From Flaccisagitta enflata (Eukaryota): DNA of 64,000 nucleotides. The notes under the pieces were generated by a model that saw nothing but the letters and a program-made list of their open reading frames with translations, was not told where the DNA came from and ran no database searches. The translations under genes and the position numbers were made by a program. Shown here one piece after another: positions 61,145 to 64,000 of the stretch (the stretch's first letter is position 1; each line of letters begins with the position of its first letter). The stretch lies in the NCBI GenBank assembly GCA_965153355.1, contig OZ231126.1, positions 6,262,001 to 6,326,000 of the forward strand, written 5' to 3'.

Positions 61145-61963
61145 GTTCTTCCACACGCACGAGAAAAACGTAAATAATCTACAATTTAAAGAAAACCAGT
61201 TGTTTGCAAATCGTGAGCTAGAATTCTCGGCGAATTTCAACTTTTTTTTTTCCAAAAGACAAAACGGAAAAAAACTCGAGTTTACAAACAATGGATTTGC
61301 ACTTCAATCTTTTCGCTTGAGTCGTTCGGAAGTGCTCAGTGACAGAGTAGTAAGAGCAGGATGGGGAAGGAGGTGGTGGTGGGTGGGGAGGGAGGTGGTA
61401 GTAGAGGGTGGGGAGGGCGGTGAAAGAGGAGGGTGGGGAGGGAGGTGGTTGTAGAGAGTGGGGAGGGTGGTGGTAGTGGTAGATTTGGATGCCCGATGGT
61501 GGGGAGGGAGGTGAAAGAGGAGGGTGGAGAGGAAGGTGAAAGAGGAGGGTGAAGAGGGAGGTGAAAGAGGAGGGTGGGGAGGGAGGTGAAAGAGGAGGGC
61601 GGGCAGGGAGGTAGTAGTGGAGGGTGGGGAGGAAGGTGGTAGTAGAGGGTGGGGAGGGAGGTGGTTGTAGAGGGAGGGGAGGGAGGTGGTAGTGGAGGGT
61701 GGGGAGGGAGGTGGTGGTAGTGGTAGATTTGGATGCCCGATGGTACCCGAAGAATGGTGCTTACAGGGTGAAGTCTGAATTGTTCCGGCTGGATGGTTTA
61801 GTCCTGCAAGGTGGTAAATCCACTTCACTTGGCGGTTATTGTAGACTATGATAAATGGTGTAGGGGTTAAAACCGGTGATAGTGCAGACAGTGCTGAAGC
61901 GATGACGAAATTCTAAGTAAAAGGCACGATGGGGACGAAGATATGGCAGAAAATGAAGCTAAC

Positions 61964-63796
61964 CTTATCCAACTTTGTCTCGTCATTCGTCAAATTTGTC
62001 AGATTAATGAGCCGGTTGTGCCCACGAACCTGTCAGTCAGAACATCAGTCTTGTCGTCCACTGTGTAACAACCATACTAAGTATTGTAGAATGCGGTTGG
62101 GTCGGTCAGAAATTATGTATAAGCCACTAGTAGTCTAAAAAATAATATGGACTGGCGGACGGACACTCGCAAGGACACATCTTGTGGTAATGGAATGCGG
62201 GAACGCTAATAAAAAGCGAAACCCGGGGCAGCTGCGATTTTGAAAAATGGGATCAGGGAAAACAGAAATTCGTCATCATCACGCACGCGAGGGTTGTTGA
62301 TTCAGCCATTCCAATTGGAAAACAAAACATCGACGCCGAATATGAAGTTCATAGGCGGAGTGAGTGTCTGGCGAGGTACGTAACAGTCTGGCTAGTCACG
62401 ATGTGAAGTTTGTTTAACAATAAATTACAGTTGTTGTCCACTTGGTCAGAAATTCCGATGGTCGAGACAAAATTCCCACAACGCCGTTAGACGAAATAAT
62501 ATATCCGCGGCGAATATCTTAGTTTGGTGTTGCATCAGTTACAACAATTGTCATACTAGGCCTACGTAACTCACCCCAGCGTTTTCTATTCGGGTTTCTT
62601 CTGTCGTTTCGCCATTTGTCTTCCGCCGGGGAACACGCCCCACGTACGAGTTCTTCGAATGCATTAACGACCCCAAAGCCACTGTCGTCGCCGCAATCGC
62701 CGTCATCGGCGCGGTTGTTATCGTCATCGAAGTCGGCGTCGGGGATGACATCTGAAGACGTTGGTGCTCGAACGGTTGGGGTGGTACTTGGTTCACGGCG
62801 CGTCCGTTTAGTTTATCATCATGACGTTTTCGAGCCTTGCTACACACGTCGCTGGTTGTCGGACGACGGCGCTTTTTCCCGCCTGACCGCGTCTGTCTGG
62901 CGGTCTGTCTGGCGTCGATGGTGGTCGAACGAACTTCCAAGTCGCCGTTCAAAGTCGTTGCGTGTTTATCTTGTCCGGCGTTAATGATTGTTGAATGAAG
63001 TTGTTCCTGGCCGGCGTTGATGGTGGTAGAATGAAGTTGCTCGTCGGAAATCGTCGAAGGCGGAGACCGGAAGTCGTTCAAATTGATGTCGACGTTCAAA
63101 ACTTGACGGACGTCTCCTTCGCCCGAATGCCTGTCGAAGATTACATATAAAGCTCAACGTGATGATCTAAATCGAGTCTAACTCTACATACTTAGTCGCA
63201 TGAAAGTGGTCAATGCATGATCCAAATCGATGTGGCCAAAAAAACTTTTAGTGCAAGAATACCCCCTTCCACACATGTAAACAAGTTTCTGCACACCTCT
63301 ATCACGTATCGACCAACCCCCCGCTCGTACAACCTTCCCAACCTCTCACTCTTCCCGTCACCTCGTGTTGATGTGTCGTTTGACCTTTTGAGCTTGGATG
63401 CTTCTATACTCGCATCGACTACAAGCGTAAGGTTTAATTCCCTGATGAGCCATTAGGTGAGCTTTCAGTCCCGGAGGATAACGCGTCGAGTACGGACAGA
63501 TATTACAAAACAGCGATTTTGACGACGACGAAGATGAGGAAGAGCCTGTTGTTGACGTGGATGTTGCGGTTGATGCTGTTGTTGATGCTGTTGTTGTTGT
63601 CGCTGTTGCCGATTCACATCGTCCTTGTACTCCATCGCCGTCTTCATCGCCTCCGTGTCGTTGCAAGTGAATTTTAAGTTCGAATTTAGTGTGCGCGGCG
63701 TAAGAACAGGAAGTCACGTGGCATTTGTGGCGTTTCTCGCCTCCGTGGCGTCGAGTTACGTGACGAGAAAGAATTACGCCATCGCTCGACCGGAAA
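61964..63796 (-). CDS. C2H2 zinc-finger protein; partial, 5' part beyond the window and last exon not resolved
   Basis: Exon 63796-63362 encodes CHVTSCSY...HLQRH, CNICPY...HLMAH and GIKPYACSRCEY...HINTR. It joins in phase to 63130-62575, which supplies the final His, and probably to 62029-61964. Confidence 0.85.
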
Positions 63797-64000
63797 CTAT
63801 ACGTGGGAATGGAAAAGGGATGAGGGTGAGAAGGTGAGGGAGGAGAGGAAGAGGAGAGGATGGTGGGAAGAAGAGGATGGTGTGAAGTAGGGAGGATTGT
63901 GGGAAGAAGGTAGGATGGTGGGAAGAAGAGAGGATGGTGAGAAGGAGGAGAGTGGGAAGAAGGGAGGATGGTGGGAAGAAGGGAGGATGGTGGGAAGAAG

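Noticed and set aside
1-64000. tRNA, rRNA or other structured RNA genes
   Set aside because: None recognisable by eye; the hairpins seen all belong to repeat termini. A covariance-model search was not possible.

Overview
This is repeat-rich, intron-containing eukaryotic DNA, most likely from an invertebrate animal. Five minus-strand genes lie in tandem: an Ig-superfamily membrane protein (3' end runs off the window), SUDS3, eIF3L, a RING-HC protein with two predicted TM helices, and a CTIF-like MIF4G protein. They are followed by a small divergent plus-strand membrane-protein gene and part of a minus-strand C2H2 zinc-finger gene. The ~12.1 kb second coding intron of the plus-strand gene holds a nested transposon stack. 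Its core is a 10.1 kb TIR element (CAG...CTG ends, TA target duplication) encoding an uninterrupted, five-exon, ~1137-aa Sola2-like DDD transposase, and a ~400 bp deletion derivative of it sits at 18155-18551. Many non-autonomous elements are present: TA-flanked MITEs, CAGGGG elements with 6-bp TSDs, and DINE-1/HINE-like Helentron-type repeats. The most unusual pattern is that at least seven exon-intron junctions in four genes are tandemly reiterated into the intron, splice site included; in one case the unit keeps the reading frame. All exon models were built by hand from GT-AG sites and phase consistency, with no database searches or transcript data.
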